Shown here piece after piece: positions 50,495 through 63,928 of a stretch of DNA of 64,000 bases; within the stretch, counting starts at the first letter, position 1, and the number at the start of each line of letters is the position of its first letter. Both the position numbers and the translations under genes were made by a program. A model generated the notes under the pieces. That model searched no databases. It was not told the origin of the DNA and saw only the letters and a program-made list of their open reading frames with translations. The stretch is from contig JBLDXI010000001.1 of the NCBI GenBank assembly GCA_047495785.1, positions 4,278,001 through 4,342,000 of the forward strand. The letters run 5' to 3'. The stretch comes from Lepidodermella squamata (taxonomy: Eukaryota > Animalia > Gastrotricha).

Positions 50495-52465
50495 ATGTCT
50501 ACAAGTGCTTCGAATATCATTTCGTCATCATCGAGCGACGATATGGCTGATTTTGTTGTGTTGAGAACCACCGATGAGCAATTTGAGGAGGAAGAATCAG
50601 ACCAGATTTTGATTCAAAACCCATTGAATCCCTCGTCGATGAATTTCGGACTCCAGGGCGGCTTGCAGGAGGTGGTTTCAGTCCTGCTCTGCATACGAGG
50701 CACGACGGTATGCGTTGAAACCACGATGGATGGAGCTTCGAAAATCGACCGGTTAGCCCCGATCAACAAGCCTAAGGTCATACCGCGTCGAGATGTGTAT
50801 TTTCCTCTTGAGCTACCACTGTCTTATAACGATATCACGATATGTTAAGCATATGTTAAGGAGGCAGTATAGAGTAACGATTTCTGAAATTCCGGTCGAA
50901 GATGGTCAGGATCAATCAGCAGCTATGCCACGGCAGTATATCAACGTATGGCTGGCCCGCATGATCTGCCGCTTATTAGCATGTCAGCCATCAACGCGCT
51001 GGCGCACTTCATGTCACCAGATGCCCCTGTCACAGATTTGACGAGCGCTCCTCTTTTTTGATACAGATACATTCTTCAGCAAATATTCACGCCTTTCTCA
51101 TTATTTTGAGTCATTATTTTCACCGAGATAAAATTTGAGGAATCCTAGTAGTATTTGGAGAATGAATCACTTTTTAAGCTCTGATAACGGATTGGTAATT
51201 TTCGAAAACCTGAAAAGAGTATGGAATGTGACACATCTTGTGCTCCCAAGTCATTGAAGATTTTATTGCTTGTGTTTTCTTCTCCTAAGTCTCAAATTTA
51301 GCAAAATTTTACTAAAATCACGCTTGTTTTACTATCAAACTTGGCAGACTTGACTTAGATAAGAGTTATTTGATTATTCAAGATAAGTAATAAAAAATCC
51401 TGGCGAATGCTGGAATTAGATCGCTAAAGAGAGCCAGAGCTCCATAAACAATGCTCTAGGATGAGGAAAAATTATGAAATCTTGTTACCAACACATTGCG
51501 GAACCGCTGGTAAGTTGAACTTTGGCGCACTCGCTTATTGGTAAATTTATCGTTGCTAATGACTCCGGAATGAAACAATTTAGTCGTGCGATCCACTAAT
51601 AAATTATTTCATATTTATGCAAAAATGACCTTGCCACACCCTCTGCGCGGTTTCCATTGACCGCAAGCGTAAACTCCATATTAATGGTGGTAAATTGCTG
51701 CGGCAAAAAACACTTGTTGCAAAAAATCTTATGAATCGCACGACCATCATGTTTCATCCGGGAGTCATAGCAACGATCGATTGACCAATCAGCGTGCGTA
51801 TTGGACTGGATTGGTCACACAATGCATTTTTTTAATTGATCGACCTTAATTTTCGTTTCAACTAAACCGCTCGCTACTTCAAAACATTATCTCTGAATAT
51901 GCGGAATGCAACCGAAATGTTGGAAGCAAAATCAAAGCTTAAATTTCATTAAAACAAGCTAAAAACTGGTTATTCGTCCAATCAAATACGATTTTTTTAC
52001 CCAAATTGACCCCCATTTTTAATGGAAAAGATCTTTTTCGAACTAACAAACTGAAAATCCAGCATGATTTCTAGCTTTCAATGCCTCAAAACATCATTTA
52101 ATAAAATTATATATTATATAAAATTTATTATAATTTTTCTAAAATAAGCCAGACTAATATATTTTGCACTTTGCTTTCAGATGGATACGCCTAACGTTTT
52201 CGACCACCTTTCCTCGGATTTGATCCATTTCGTTCCCCCGCCTGTCGAGGAGAAAACCATGTCGCTTTCCGTGTTGAGCTGCCCTACGCTGGTGACACAA
52301 GATGATTTCGGCGTAACAAGCACGCCCGCCCTTGCTTCAGAGCAAATCAACAGTCGTCAAGCGGAAATACCTCGGCTCATGGCGGAAAACTCAGCTTTGA
52401 AAGGCCGCCTAAAGAAATTCGAAGAACACTCTTCCAGTGTGCCTCACTTTTTTAGTAAACATTAA
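50495..52465 (+). CDS. Possible small two-exon gene or gene fragment (acidic N-terminus with LIR-like DFVVL; short coiled-coil)
   Basis: Protein-like ORF from 50495 with a phase-0 donor GAG|gtggtt at 50671; strong acceptor ttgctttcag immediately before 52181; downstream LMAENSALKGRLKKFEE. Confidence 0.3.
51526..51798. mobile_element. Decayed MITE with about 70-bp imperfect TIR
   Basis: atcgttgctaatgactccggaatgaaaca..gtcgtgcgat is mirrored by atcgcacgac..tgtttcatccgggagtcatagcaacgat. Confidence 0.55.
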
Positions 52466-53554
52466 TGTGTAATGCTTTTGATCGCGGAAACTTTGGTCTT
52501 GAGCGCAGTTCCATTTTTTCTCTCGTCTGTGATAAAGAAAACATTGCTAATAACGCGAGCCTTGTCTCTTCGGTTATTTCCGCACCTAATTTGCTTTAAA
52601 AATATTACGCTAATATGCAAACACGCAGCGCGGTCATTACATTACAGCTTTATTTCTGTTTCGACGTCACAACACGAACTATACCTTTTAATTTTGTTTT
52701 AACATAATTTCAGCAATGAAATAGGGAAACTATTGCCTTGTCACGTTTTTCATTGAGTGGTGACAGGTTTGCCTGAAACGAGAGCGATGCTTGAAATTGA
52801 TACACTCACGCTATTCTTTTACAGCATCTGAATTCTACATTATCGAATCGGCCTTTGGTTTGAAATCTACGATATTTTCCAGCTAATGAAACAAGAAAAA
52901 CTAATTTGTTACAGTGGAAACGAAAACGTAGCTGGTATTCGCTCTCGTTTTATATTGAATTAAAATGGTATAATAGCTTTTCATTTCTTCCCAGAAGCTT
53001 ATAGTTAAAATATATTTCTCATTGTGCAATCGATTCATCATTTTTCTTGAAAAATATTACATTGAAACAATATGTAAATAGTTGCGTTGAATTTGAAAAT
53101 AAAAATTCATGTATTTTGATGATTTGCGGTTTTGACGAGTGACATTGCGGATTGGAAGTCAATTGGGCAGAAGTAGCACGTGTTTGATCGTATCAACTCG
53201 ACGTGTTGTGACGAGAGCTGAGAAATGTGGTAGCTGACTCAACTGAAAACGTATCAAACGCCCGTTCACATTCTTTAAGTCGGGAGTTCCTCAGTTTAGC
53301 CATTTGAATGAATCATCTTAAGTAGTGAATTTAGTCATATGTTTCAATGACTATTCTATAAATACCCACGTCCCAGAAAGGCCCAGCAATTTCTTTAAAT
53401 CCTTCTTGAGAAAAGACCTTGAAATAATAAGCTATGGCTTTCCCCATGCATCAAATTTTGAAATTTGTAGTTGCCTCTCTTTTCATTGTTGCCAGCCGTT
53501 GTTGTCTGCCGGCTTACGAAGTAGAGGAATACCCAACAATTCCATCCGTGGAAG

Positions 53555-54437
53555 TTGACTTCGACGAAATATCGTAAGCTTGATTTCAACTCATCTGACT
53601 CCTCATCAGCAGCTTATTACATTTCAGTGAAAGAGATTGGCAACGAATTCAGTGCTGCTTTAACTTTGAGCCTCGAAGCAACCCAACCGCTAGCGCTGAA
53701 TGTTATCCAGCATTTCAAAAAGGCGACAAAGTTGTGTATAAGAATCTGCTAGAGTCAATGTGCAATTTTTATTCATCGATTGGGTTCATGGTGAGGCACG
53801 TGGTAAGCTCTTGTTCGCGCTTACAATTGCTTAAACAACAACACTTTTCATTCACAAGGGTAACCACCCATCTCTCAAAGCGACTAATTTCGGCTATAAC
53901 TATTGTGATATCTCGCACAAAAGTTCCAACATATTTAGTCCGCTGTGGAACATAGGAACTGGTTATATTCGAGAATCCCATTCCGAATCGAACTTCACGG
54001 AAATTCTAGGTGACTTGAATATGTTTAAACGCACCGTGATGGAACGGAAGCATGAACATCTGAGTAGGAAGCGGCCTGAGTTCTTGGACTTCCTGCTCTC
54101 TGGAGAATACTTGCACATCTTTCATATCGCCGACGTGACCTTCAACTACTACGTTCCAGCGCCCTCTAAATTAAACAGTCATTTCGATTGGGCAAATGTC
54201 CTCGAAATAGCGACAAAGCAACTGACTGAAATCAGGCATGAATTGGATTATTTCACTCCTTCTGATAGGTCATTGCTAATCAGCAACTTTCGTTATCACC
54301 AATCCCGTTTGTACGTATCTTTTGAGGATAGAGCTTGCTTAGCGATAGGTAGCAAAGACCTACTGAGGTCTTTTACTTGGCTGTATTTTGCGATCACCCG
54401 AAACGACATGAGGGAAATCGTCAACAAGGGATGGTGA
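53555..54437 (+). pseudogene. Possible decayed coding sequence of unknown family
   Basis: Three consecutive plus-strand protein-like ORF pieces in different frames (65, 73, 140 aa); AATAAA near 54635; no recognisable motif. Confidence 0.25.
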
Positions 54438-56523
54438 TGAATGACTTCACAGAATATTTATAGCGAATGATGATAAAACTTACTCCAATACCTATACTCC
54501 AGCTAACTTTTATCTTGACTTTGTACATGGATGTCTATGCATTATATCACAGCACGTAACTGGTAACTGCCATCATAATTATTTGGCGCGCCCAAAGTTT
54601 AATAATGACCGATGCTTTTATACATTTTGTACCTAATAAAACGAGCAGTTCTCTATTTCCACACTAAGCGCTTTATCTTGCCGTATAAATTTCAATGTTG
54701 GAAGTGTGCTTAAGTTGGATCAAGGTTTTAGGTTTAAGTTTTTGTCCTAGCTTTAGGACAATCATTGTTGCGTATTGGGACATATCATTGTTTGCGTCTA
54801 TTAAATGGGACAGGTTAAAGGAATTCCTATGTTCGAAACGAAGACCTATGTTCGAATGAGAGCAAATTTGTGTTTTTTCGACGGTTTTTTCCACTGAACC
54901 TTGTTTAAACCACGGCTTTGGTGATCTTGGTAGGGTCAGGTTTACATAAAAACCGGGAATCACGAGCTGCACATGTCAAGAAAGTCAAAAATATAGGAGC
55001 AATGTAGCAAGCGTTCCATGGAGGAATAGAAACCATGGATTCTCCATAGAAACCATGGAGGAATAGATGGAGGAATTTACTATTCCTCCATGAAGCGATC
55101 AGTGTTGTTTCTTACATGGACATTTTTATGGACATTTAAGTTTGTAGTTCGAAATTTGAATCTCGATGTTTAAGTTCTTTAATAAATTGCAATATTTCGT
55201 GCAAATTTCGATTGAAGGCCTCCTTTAATAATTTTAATAATCATCAGTAAATAACAATAAAATAGCCTATAGACGCGCAGTGAATCCTTATCAATTTTTA
55301 GATACCTTAATAGCAGCAGTTATTTTTTATTAGTCCTGCTCGTACATATTCATGTACGCGAAAATCGCTGCTCGTACATAGTTTTTCGGTGTTTTTCTGG
55401 AAGGCATAGACCAGTCATTTTTTCTGATAACTTCATAAATATTTACAGGTAGATGCGCGGTAATGAGTCCCATTCGTGGGTAAAATATCTTAATCTCAAC
55501 TATCATCTGGCGCGAAAAGCGGTTTTCCTTTTGCTTTTTTTTCCGACTGTTCAATCGGGAATACGAGGTCGACACTTTCAGGGAAGGTAGATATGACTGT
55601 AAGCCATCTGCCTGCAAAAAATTAGACCAATGTTGACTGATTTGACATAAACAGTAGGAAAAGTATGTACGAGCAGACACTCCGTTTTTTATTTTGGACA
55701 ACATTTTTCAGCTCTCTAGAAAATCAGGGAAAATTAAAAAAAGTTTAGCAATTTCATGGAATGAGGGGGACCCCATTCCCATGTCTGTGAAAAATTTCGT
55801 AATTTCTCCATGTTACCCTAATTTTATAAAAAAAAACGGTGCAAGGATAAATTTAGACTCTTGTGGGGTAATTTTGGATACGTCATTAGCATATTCATAA
55901 TCGTAGGGATGCAATCAGAAATTGAAGCTTTTCTTGAAATTCCGAAAAAATTGAAATTCCCGCTGTTTTTAGCTCAACCCATTTATCATCACGTGGGGCC
56001 TAAACATAGAGCTCACCTGTAAAAGATTCCCTGTGCCTGATGTCCCATTATTTTATTAAAAGTCGACAGTTTATGATGTCAACTACTGATGGTAAATTTT
56101 TCAGAGCAATCGACTTTCAGGTTGACCGAGAATACATAATGGCTTAATAAGGGTTCCCAAGTCAACGTTTCGAGAACACCTTTTTATTGATTAAAAAAGA
56201 GGTAACTTACAGAATACCTTTAATTTGGTACCGTTGGAAAGCCCGTCTTTCAAGTTTCAAAGCACCTCGAGATTTTAATAGGAATTTTTTAAACCTCACT
56301 GATAGAACACACATACGCGTAGAAGTCGCTTTGTCCAAATTTAGCCTCGAGGCTCGAAATAAAGGTATGACGGATTTAGCGCAACGACAGATGATATGAT
56401 TTCATCAATTCAATTTTCAATTGGATATTTCGTCGTTGCGTCTTTTTTTACTCTCGTTGCTCTAATTTCACTTTAATGCCCTTTTTTCTTCGCGCAAATT
56501 TCGCTCTGTGATGTTATAATTAC

Positions 56524-56696
56524 TAGCGTAAATACCGAGATACTAGGCATCACCTATATAGAAGGCAGGACCGGATTGAGGGCAGAGGTTTGAGGTGAAA
56601 AAAATAAATATAAGGCAGACCCTATTTGCAAGGCAGGAGTTTTGGGGCGTTCAAAAATATTACAAGGCAGTGCCTAATAATTCGGTATTTACGGTA
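56524..56696. mobile_element. pogo/Tigger-like MITE, copy a
   Basis: TIR resembling TACCGTAAATACCGAATTATTAGGCA at both ends; TA termini. Confidence 0.55.
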
Positions 56697-57490
56697 ATTT
56701 AATTTTCTCGTTCATTCAGCTCTCGATCGTTGCTCAATCGATTATTATTCGCTGTTTTCGTTCATGCGCAACTAAAAGCGTATAAGCCGTTGACTTATAC
56801 AGGTTTTTCATATCGGAAAATAAAACGCCGAAAATAATCGAATTTTGAAATGTCTGATTTTTGGCCTGCAATGATTTGACCGACCATAAAACCAAATAAC
56901 CATGTCGTTACAACCCTTTTCTCGTCAGTTTTCAGTCAGTATATTGAAAACTAATACTATAAAAAGCATTATATATTATCGTGGTATCTGATACTATATT
57001 AAATTCGGCATTCGAACCGCTGATTGAAACAAAACCGACCGCTGACGCGCACCACCCGGCAATCATTATAGCACCCTTTCGACACCGCTGTAGCAAAAAG
57101 CGCGCCGAGAGCGCGTGCGAAATTATCACGCATTCGACATGTGTGCGATTCTTGGCGGTCTCGGTCAATTCCCACGGATTAATTGCGTTATTGCGTAACA
57201 AAAGTTCCGCGCATGTTCCGCATATCTGATTTCTTTACCATTTCAAGGCGGATCCATACCAAAGGCGGATCCGTATGCCGGCTATCATTTTTCGCGCCCA
57301 TGTGGCGCTTATCGTCTGCGATTGTATCCGGCATATCGCCTCGTGCCATTGAACAGTTTTTCGCTTTATGAAACACTTCCATTGTATTCACTGTTAAGCG
57401 ACTTCGCATTCATTCCTTTTCTTCATTTTTCTGCAATTTTTCCAAGTTCCGCAATCGGAAAATGTCGCTCTGCCTGAAGCTTTTTGAAAT

Positions 57491-57629
57491 ACAGCTTGTT
57501 GCCCAAATAATTCCGCATAAGGCGAATTCGATGCGCATCATTCTAATACGGAATTATTCAATCTTAAAACTCCTCGTTAAATTGATGCGCATCGAATTCG
57601 CCTCATGCGGAATTTTTCGGCCACCCTGT
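57491..57629. mobile_element. Hairpin MITE (Tc1/mariner-like CAGGGTG end)
   Basis: 32-bp near-perfect IR aattccgcataaggcgaattcgatgcgcatca / tgatgcgcatcgaattcgcctcatgcggaatt; right end caccctgt. Confidence 0.55.
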
Positions 57630-58174
57630 GGTTAGTATTACATCGCCACCTTAATATTTCTCTTAGTTTTTCGATAATCTAGCTGGGAAAATTGTGATCT
57701 CTCTGCGGATATTTTTCATCATTTTTTCGAAATTTTGAAATTTTTTCTGATCTCTAGTAACCTAGTAATTTGAGCCGAAATAACGTAGGCCAGAAATTTG
57801 GAAGTTAAGGCGCGTGGCTGACTGTCAAAGTTATTGAAACAGTGGGAAAATATTCATGGGACGGTTTTTGAAAACCAAGCTCGTACCCGACCTGTACACG
57901 ACTTGGCCCGTGGACGACTCTGCTTGATGGTAAACTAGGGCGAGCTTCTTGGATCGCACGGGGAACAAAATTTGCGAAAATTCTTTCAAGTTAGCCCTTC
58001 TAGGAATTTTTCATCTTCCCTAGAAATCAATTTTGTTGAAATTCAACAAATATTATATTGAAATTTTTCGCTATTATACGCCGCATAGATTCAGCCATAT
58101 AGAGACAGGAATACAGTGAATTCAGTCCCAAATTATTCAAATCAGTTCCAAATCATTTCGATTTTAAGTCCTAG

Positions 58175-58219
58175 CCTCTAACCCTATCCTTAACCCTAAC
58201 CCTAAACTAACCCCAACCA
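58175..58219. repeat. Degenerate (CCCTAA)n telomere-like tract
   Basis: cctctaaccctatccttaaccctaaccctaaactaaccccaacc. Confidence 0.45.
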
Positions 58220-59441
58220 ATTAAAACCGAATAAAATGGTCAGGTATATTGAATTTAATGAAATTTGGTACGGCCCTAAGAATTTCCCTAGAAACAGAAA
58301 TTACCGCGATATTCTAGTCGAAATTTGTCATTCAATTTTCAAAAAAAAATATTTTTCTATCTAACCGATAATTTCCAAATTTATTCATCACATTTATTGA
58401 TGTATTTATTCGTTTTTTTATCCGTTTCTGAAGGGCTGAAAAATGGGTTCTCCTTTTACCGGAACGTTTACGGTGAGCGAAACCAAAGTTTGGAATTTTC
58501 TATAGTGGCCTGAAATTATTTTTAGCATAAATCTCGCGCGTGAAGATTGAGCACAATATTTCTACAAAAATCACTAGTAAATTCAGCATAACATTCTTTA
58601 TAAGGCAGAGTGTTCGATTTAGAAATCATAATTCGCCTGAAATTCGTAGAATTGTTTAAAAAATGGATCATGGTATATTTCGAGTTTGGTTCCGCGAAGT
58701 GTAAATTTTTTTCCGCTCACCGTAAATTTGGTTAAAGATATTGCGCCTAAAAATCACATTATTTTTAATAATTCGGCGAGAATTTGAGCGTTTTTTTTTT
58801 ACTTTTATTTTCCGTTCCGCAAAGAATATTCTGCTAATATGGTGGAATCAGCGGCATCATGGTATAATTTCATAACGGGAAATTTAATTTCTCCCGCCAA
58901 TTTTTGAGATTATTTGAGATTATTAAATTTGGCTTAGGGGGTTGTGATCGAAGAGTGCATAATTTAGGTCATTTTTTACCTTTTTCGAACAAATTATACC
59001 TTTTTGAAACAAATTTGTTTCAGATTTGCACCGCGCAAAATGAATGTTTTCTTCAAGGGTAAAAGCAAAACTTTTCTAACTGCCTTGTTGCGTAATAGAG
59101 CTAAATGGTGTAACAATACCGAGGCTAATCATAGAGGCTCATTTTTTAGCATTGTGGACTGGCGAATAACGATGAGCCAACACTTCAAAGCCTCTCGAAT
59201 TAAAAAAATGGCGAAAAATCTCACTTGAAAATAATAGTGACAAAATTGAACTACGATCAAACTAAAGCGGTTCAAGATCTAAACCAGGTGTCTACATCAT
59301 CGTCACGGCCTGATTAATGATTCGGTTTCAAGTATAGTTGTCATTCGATTTCACCTTGGTTTCAAGTGAACACCGCTTCATAAGATCACGATCGAAAAAG
59401 GATTTTATCATCTCTATAGGCTGATATTTGATAGGCTAATA

Positions 59442-59742
59442 CAGGGGCGTAACCAGGAATTTTTTGGTTGTTCTTATGGGTTCTTATGGTTCTTATGGAT
59501 CTGATAGTGAAATTTGCATTTTTGTTAGGATAATCCTAGGTCGGCGATTGCCGATTTTCAAATAGGAGGAATAATAGGAAATATTGAAAATATCGAGATT
59601 TCGAGCGAAGCAAAAAATGTCCTCCACGTTTTACAAGCAATTTTTGCCATTTTGCCAGAAATAATAGCCCGAAGATGGGATTTTGAGTTTTCGTTTTGGT
59701 AGTTGTTTGAACAGCCAAAATAACCAGCTGGTTACGCCCCTG
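59442..59742. mobile_element. hAT-like MITE
   Basis: Perfect 15-bp TIR CAGGGGCGTAACCAG; 8-bp flanks ggctaata / ggctagga (decayed TSD). Confidence 0.65.
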
Positions 59743-59815
59743 GGCTAGGACAGAGGGCTAGGACAGAGGGCTAGGCAGAGGAGACATTCGCCATTTCGCT
59801 TGCCCTCAAATTTGC

Positions 59816-59996
59816 TACCGTATAATACCGAATTATAAAGCGGAACCGAAATAATGGGCAGGGTTAGTCATTTGACCCTCCTAAGAATTTAATGCCTGTT
59901 TTACATCGATCTCTGCTCTCAGGTGAGCAGTTTCTTTTTCCTAAAATGTTCTTCAAAAAGCAGAGGACAGTGCCTAATAATTCGGGATTTATGGTG
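59816..59996. mobile_element. pogo/Tigger-like MITE, copy b
   Basis: Ends taccgtataataccgaattata ... agtgcctaataattcgggatttatggtg; same TIR family as 56524-56696. Confidence 0.5.
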
Positions 59997-60109
59997 ATCT
60001 ATTCTCACCTTATCTACTACTACCGATTTTCTAAAAAATGGGACAGCATCGGAATGAAAGCAATCTAGTTCTATTGTAGCTGTGCCATTGTAAGTGTATG
60101 CCATTTTAG

Positions 60110-62731
60110 GATTCATTCAACTTTCCCAATGCAACTTTCCCAATGCAAGTTTACCAATGTGTAAAACACGCACCAGGTGTGCACTTAATGCGCGTGCGTG
60201 GAGAATCGCGTGAACATGCGCACGCTTACACTAGCAAATCATGTGACTACCATCTAAACAGCGCGCGCCAAATTAATCAAGACCAGGGGGCAGTTAATCT
60301 TTCATTCACCTCTACCGATTCTTTTGTAACACTCTACTTAATCATCGCTGTTGTAAAAAATGATTCGTAGTAAATCTCGTAATGAACCGAACATCAAGTG
60401 CCAGAAGTGCGGCCGTAAATTTCGTGACGGCCGAGGGATAGCCCAGCACAAGCGTGGTAATAACTGCAAGCCGACGTCGGCTAAGAAGCGTCGCATGGCA
60501 TCACCGCAGTCAGGTAATGAACAATATTCTTAGATATTATCGTAATCAGCTTTTTCGTCAAATCTAGGCACCGAATCCGCGTCTTCATCGTCATCATCAC
60601 CGGCCGCTTCCTCTTCCTCTTCAATCCCCTCGCCGCCTGAATTTCGACCCCACGCCGTGTCAACAGCCAAACCGCAAACAACTGCTAAGCGCACGAAGGC
60701 ACCCGCTGCGACTAACAACGTCATAACTCCTGTCCAACTGTTCAGTCCTCCAAGGATTCCGAGTAGCACTGAGGCTCGTTTGGCCGCTGAAAATCGTGAA
60801 CTTCGAAGGCAGCTCGAGGAGAATCGTCGGCAACTGGCCGCAACCCAGGCGTTACTGAGTGATGAATCGTCGAATCGAGACTCGGCTAATTCAGATGTAG
60901 CGGATTCTTCGGCGACTTCGACTGTTCCTTCCGTTATTGAGACTGCAACGGTCAAGAATCAATACCTCAACACTAAGAAGACGCAGACGATCGTCACCGA
61001 CGATTACCAAGTTTACACCTTGGACCTATTCAGCGACTACTTCCAAAATCGTTACTACTGCGCTAAACGTCGCGAGACCGGATGCCTGGGGTCCTGTGTT
61101 GAGCAGGATGGCGTAGTCGAATTGCTTCAACACCATGACCATCACGGTGTAGACGAAATTTCCGCTGAAATCGAAGTTACACTAGCAAAATTTCGCGAAC
61201 TTGCTAGAACTACGAAGAAAACTGGTCCTGAATCCTACCAAGAGGTCAGAACTGCCCTCAAGGATAGATACCCGGCCGCTTTGATGAAACTTCCGCCCTT
61301 CGAAAGTTGCAGACAGTCGTTCTACAACTGCCGCAAAGAGGCTGAACCTCCGAATCCCAAAACTTTGACCGAGTTGGAGAATATGTTGGCGGCGTGGTCA
61401 CTTGCTGACTCGGATCTTTTGAACGAACTACATCCCGATCTCGACTACGACCCGCATCTACTCAACCGGTACCTGAAAACCAAGCGAGGCGCAGAATTCT
61501 TTAAAACTTTCGAAAAAACCGATAAAGGCCACTTCCTAATTTTCGCTACCGTCAATGGCTTCATTCGGTTAGCCGAAGCCAACCGTTGGTTCATCGACGG
61601 TACGTTCAAAATCGTGCCCAAGTTGTTCATGCAGCTGTTTACGATTCATACCCTCCAAGATGGTGTGATGACCGTCGCCGCATTCGCCTTGCTTGAAAAC
61701 AAAGAAGGTGACCTCTATTCGGCCCTCTTCAAGTACTTGACTAATTACATCACCGTTCAAACAGCAAGCTTCGAGTTGGAGGAGGTTACTTGTGATTTTG
61801 AAACCGGTATCTTAGCTACTCTGCGGAAAATGAAGGTAAACGGAAATCACATCCGCATTATAGGGTGTTTTTTCCATTACACAAAAGCTGTGCTTACCTG
61901 GATTAAGACGAAGGGGTTGAAGGGTCGGTATCAAAAAACTAAGTCTCGATTTCGACGTTGGGTTAGGCGCCTAATGGCTCTTGCTCTACTACCCATTGCT
62001 GATATCAAGCTAGTCGGCCCGCACATTATTGAACGGATGAGGCGAATCTTCCGGCGTGATGATAAAATAGTCGAATTTTGCAAGTACTGGGAGAAGCAGT
62101 GGCTGACGACTGTTCCGCCCGAGGAGTGGTGCGTTTACGACGAGGACGTGCGGACGAACAACGGTGTTGAAGGCAACAACAGCCGATACAACAGAGCCGC
62201 GCGTTGTAGCCACCTCGCCTTTTGGCGCTTCTGTCACCTGATAATCGCGATCGAAGACGAGACTGACAGTGATTTGCAGCAGCAAGACGCCGGCCAGCAA
62301 ATCAAGAAGCAGAAGGCGAAATACCGCCGCATCAACGACGCGATTAATAACCTCACGGCGAAATACAAGAAAAAGCGTGCTCTTCTCGTCAATAGTGATG
62401 CGGTTAAGAAACTGGCCCTCAACACGCTGACCAAGTTTGAGTGTTACCTTCATGATATGAACCGCCAAATTTGACCTGATTACCTCACTACTCGATTGCT
62501 TTAATAGCTTTAATCCATTTCTTTTGTGCGTAATAAATCCTCACCATGCAAGGTTACTCAATAAAATTCGGCTTCCTAAACAGTTGTTCTTGGTAAACTT
62601 GAATAAAACCAGAGGATTAGGGAGCGGATTAGGCATAAACGCGAGCTAACCGCTTCAAGTGCATTCAAGTGGGAGTATTTCGCATTGGTAAACTTGCATT
62701 GGGAAAGTTGCATTGGCAAAGTTGAAGACAC
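60110..62731 (+). mobile_element. Mutator-like (MULE) DNA transposon, apparently full length
   Basis: 44-bp TIRs 60116-60159 / 62683-62726 (1 mismatch, built from 14-bp CAACTTTCCCAATG units); perfect 9-bp TSD CCATTTTAG at 60101-60109 and 62732-62740. Confidence 0.93.
60360..62474 (+). CDS. MULE transposase (C2HC finger, FLYWCH-like finger, DDE core), about 686 aa
   Basis: Exons 60360-60513 and 60568-62474 in frame. CQKC-x12-H-x5-C; YYC..C..HDH; WFIDGTFK, TCDFE, GCFFH, RTNNGVEG. Confidence 0.9.
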
Positions 62732-62859
62732 CCATTTTAGCGATCGGATAATTTCATGTGTTTAGACACAATCGAGGAGTTTCAAGAGAAATTAATTAGG
62801 TTTCTATTGTTCGCGTGAATCATACATCAAAACACCATGATTTTACTATTTCTGGGGGT

Positions 62860-62893
62860 AATTTGACCCCCAGTCCGGACTGGGGGTCAAATT
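62860..62893. repeat. Perfect 34-bp palindrome
   Basis: aatttgacccccagtcc|ggactgggggtcaaatt. Confidence 0.8.
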
Positions 62894-63928
62894 GTTTCAC
62901 ATTTGTTACGATATTCCAATTATTTGAGCAGAAACATCACTTATTTCAGTGAATAAACATATACTATAAGATACTTCTAATTACTTCTGAGAGTAAACGT
63001 GAAATTCGCGTAAAACTTTGAGAAAATCCCTTCGATCACCTCATTTTTGGGCAAAATTTCAACTATTCCGTATTAATTCAGATGTATTCCCAGAAAAAGT
63101 GAAACAAACTGAAACAAAGCTCGAACATTTCGAAACAATTTGATGCACCTTTCGATCACAACCCCCTTAGATTTTTTTACTACGGAGAGGCTCTGCGTTT
63201 ACCAGTCGAAATCGAGCCCATTATCTTGACAATTTCAGAATTTTAAATAGAATTCTGTCGAAATGATTGTCGCGCTATCGATGATGTCAGCATTTTATGG
63301 TAAGATAATATATTGCTGAAAAATAGCTGAGATGAAAACATGTTTCTTTCAACCATTTTTTAGCGACATCTTCGCTCCACTGGCATTGCGCGTTCGTTGA
63401 CAAGCAGCGAGCCATCGATACTCGGCGTCACTGATCGGCGAAAACTAGACATAATAGACCTTAGAATTAGAAGTAATACACGCTGGTCCGCCAATTTATG
63501 CTGGCTTTTATCAGGTAAATTTTGAATATTCACTCTTCAGCTCTTTGAAAACGGCTGCACTGCGTCACAAATCTTGATTAATTTTCTCAAAAAGTAGTAC
63601 ATGAAAGGTTTTCACGGCTTGTCCCATTAGTTGTGCAACCATTTTTTGATTTCGCATATTTCGCAAAGGAATTCAACTAATTTTTCAAATTTAACCCAAC
63701 AAGGGGAACCTTCTTTATTTTTCCGAATTCAAAATTTACTCGACAAAACCGTGAAAACCCGAAACTACAAAAAACTACAATGTCCCATAAATATAAATAT
63801 AGATAATAATTGAACATTTCAAAAACGTCATTGAATAGTAATCAAGTATCCCACATAGAATCTACAAAAGATGAAGAAATCGGGCCCAACTATTTATTGT
63901 TGATGATCGTCCTGTTATTATTTTTTAC

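Larger units (their letters stand above)
58937..63166. mobile_element. PIF/Harbinger-like non-autonomous element hosting nested insertions
   Basis: 24-bp TIR GGGGGTTGTGATCGAA(GA/AG)GTGCAT at both ends, flanked by TTA (58934-58936) and TTA (63167-63169). Confidence 0.6.

Noticed and set aside
55015-55095. ccatggaggaatag direct and inverted repeats
   Set aside because: Short degenerate repeat, probably TE debris; no CRISPR-like spacer structure and the DNA is eukaryotic.
56900-57480. GC-rich stretch with short ORFs
   Set aside because: Stops in all frames; may be a terminal exon or UTR, but this is unsupported.
60530-62468. Minus-strand ORFs inside the MULE (possible mudrB-like gene)
   Set aside because: Fully antisense to the transposase codons, with no independent gene signals.
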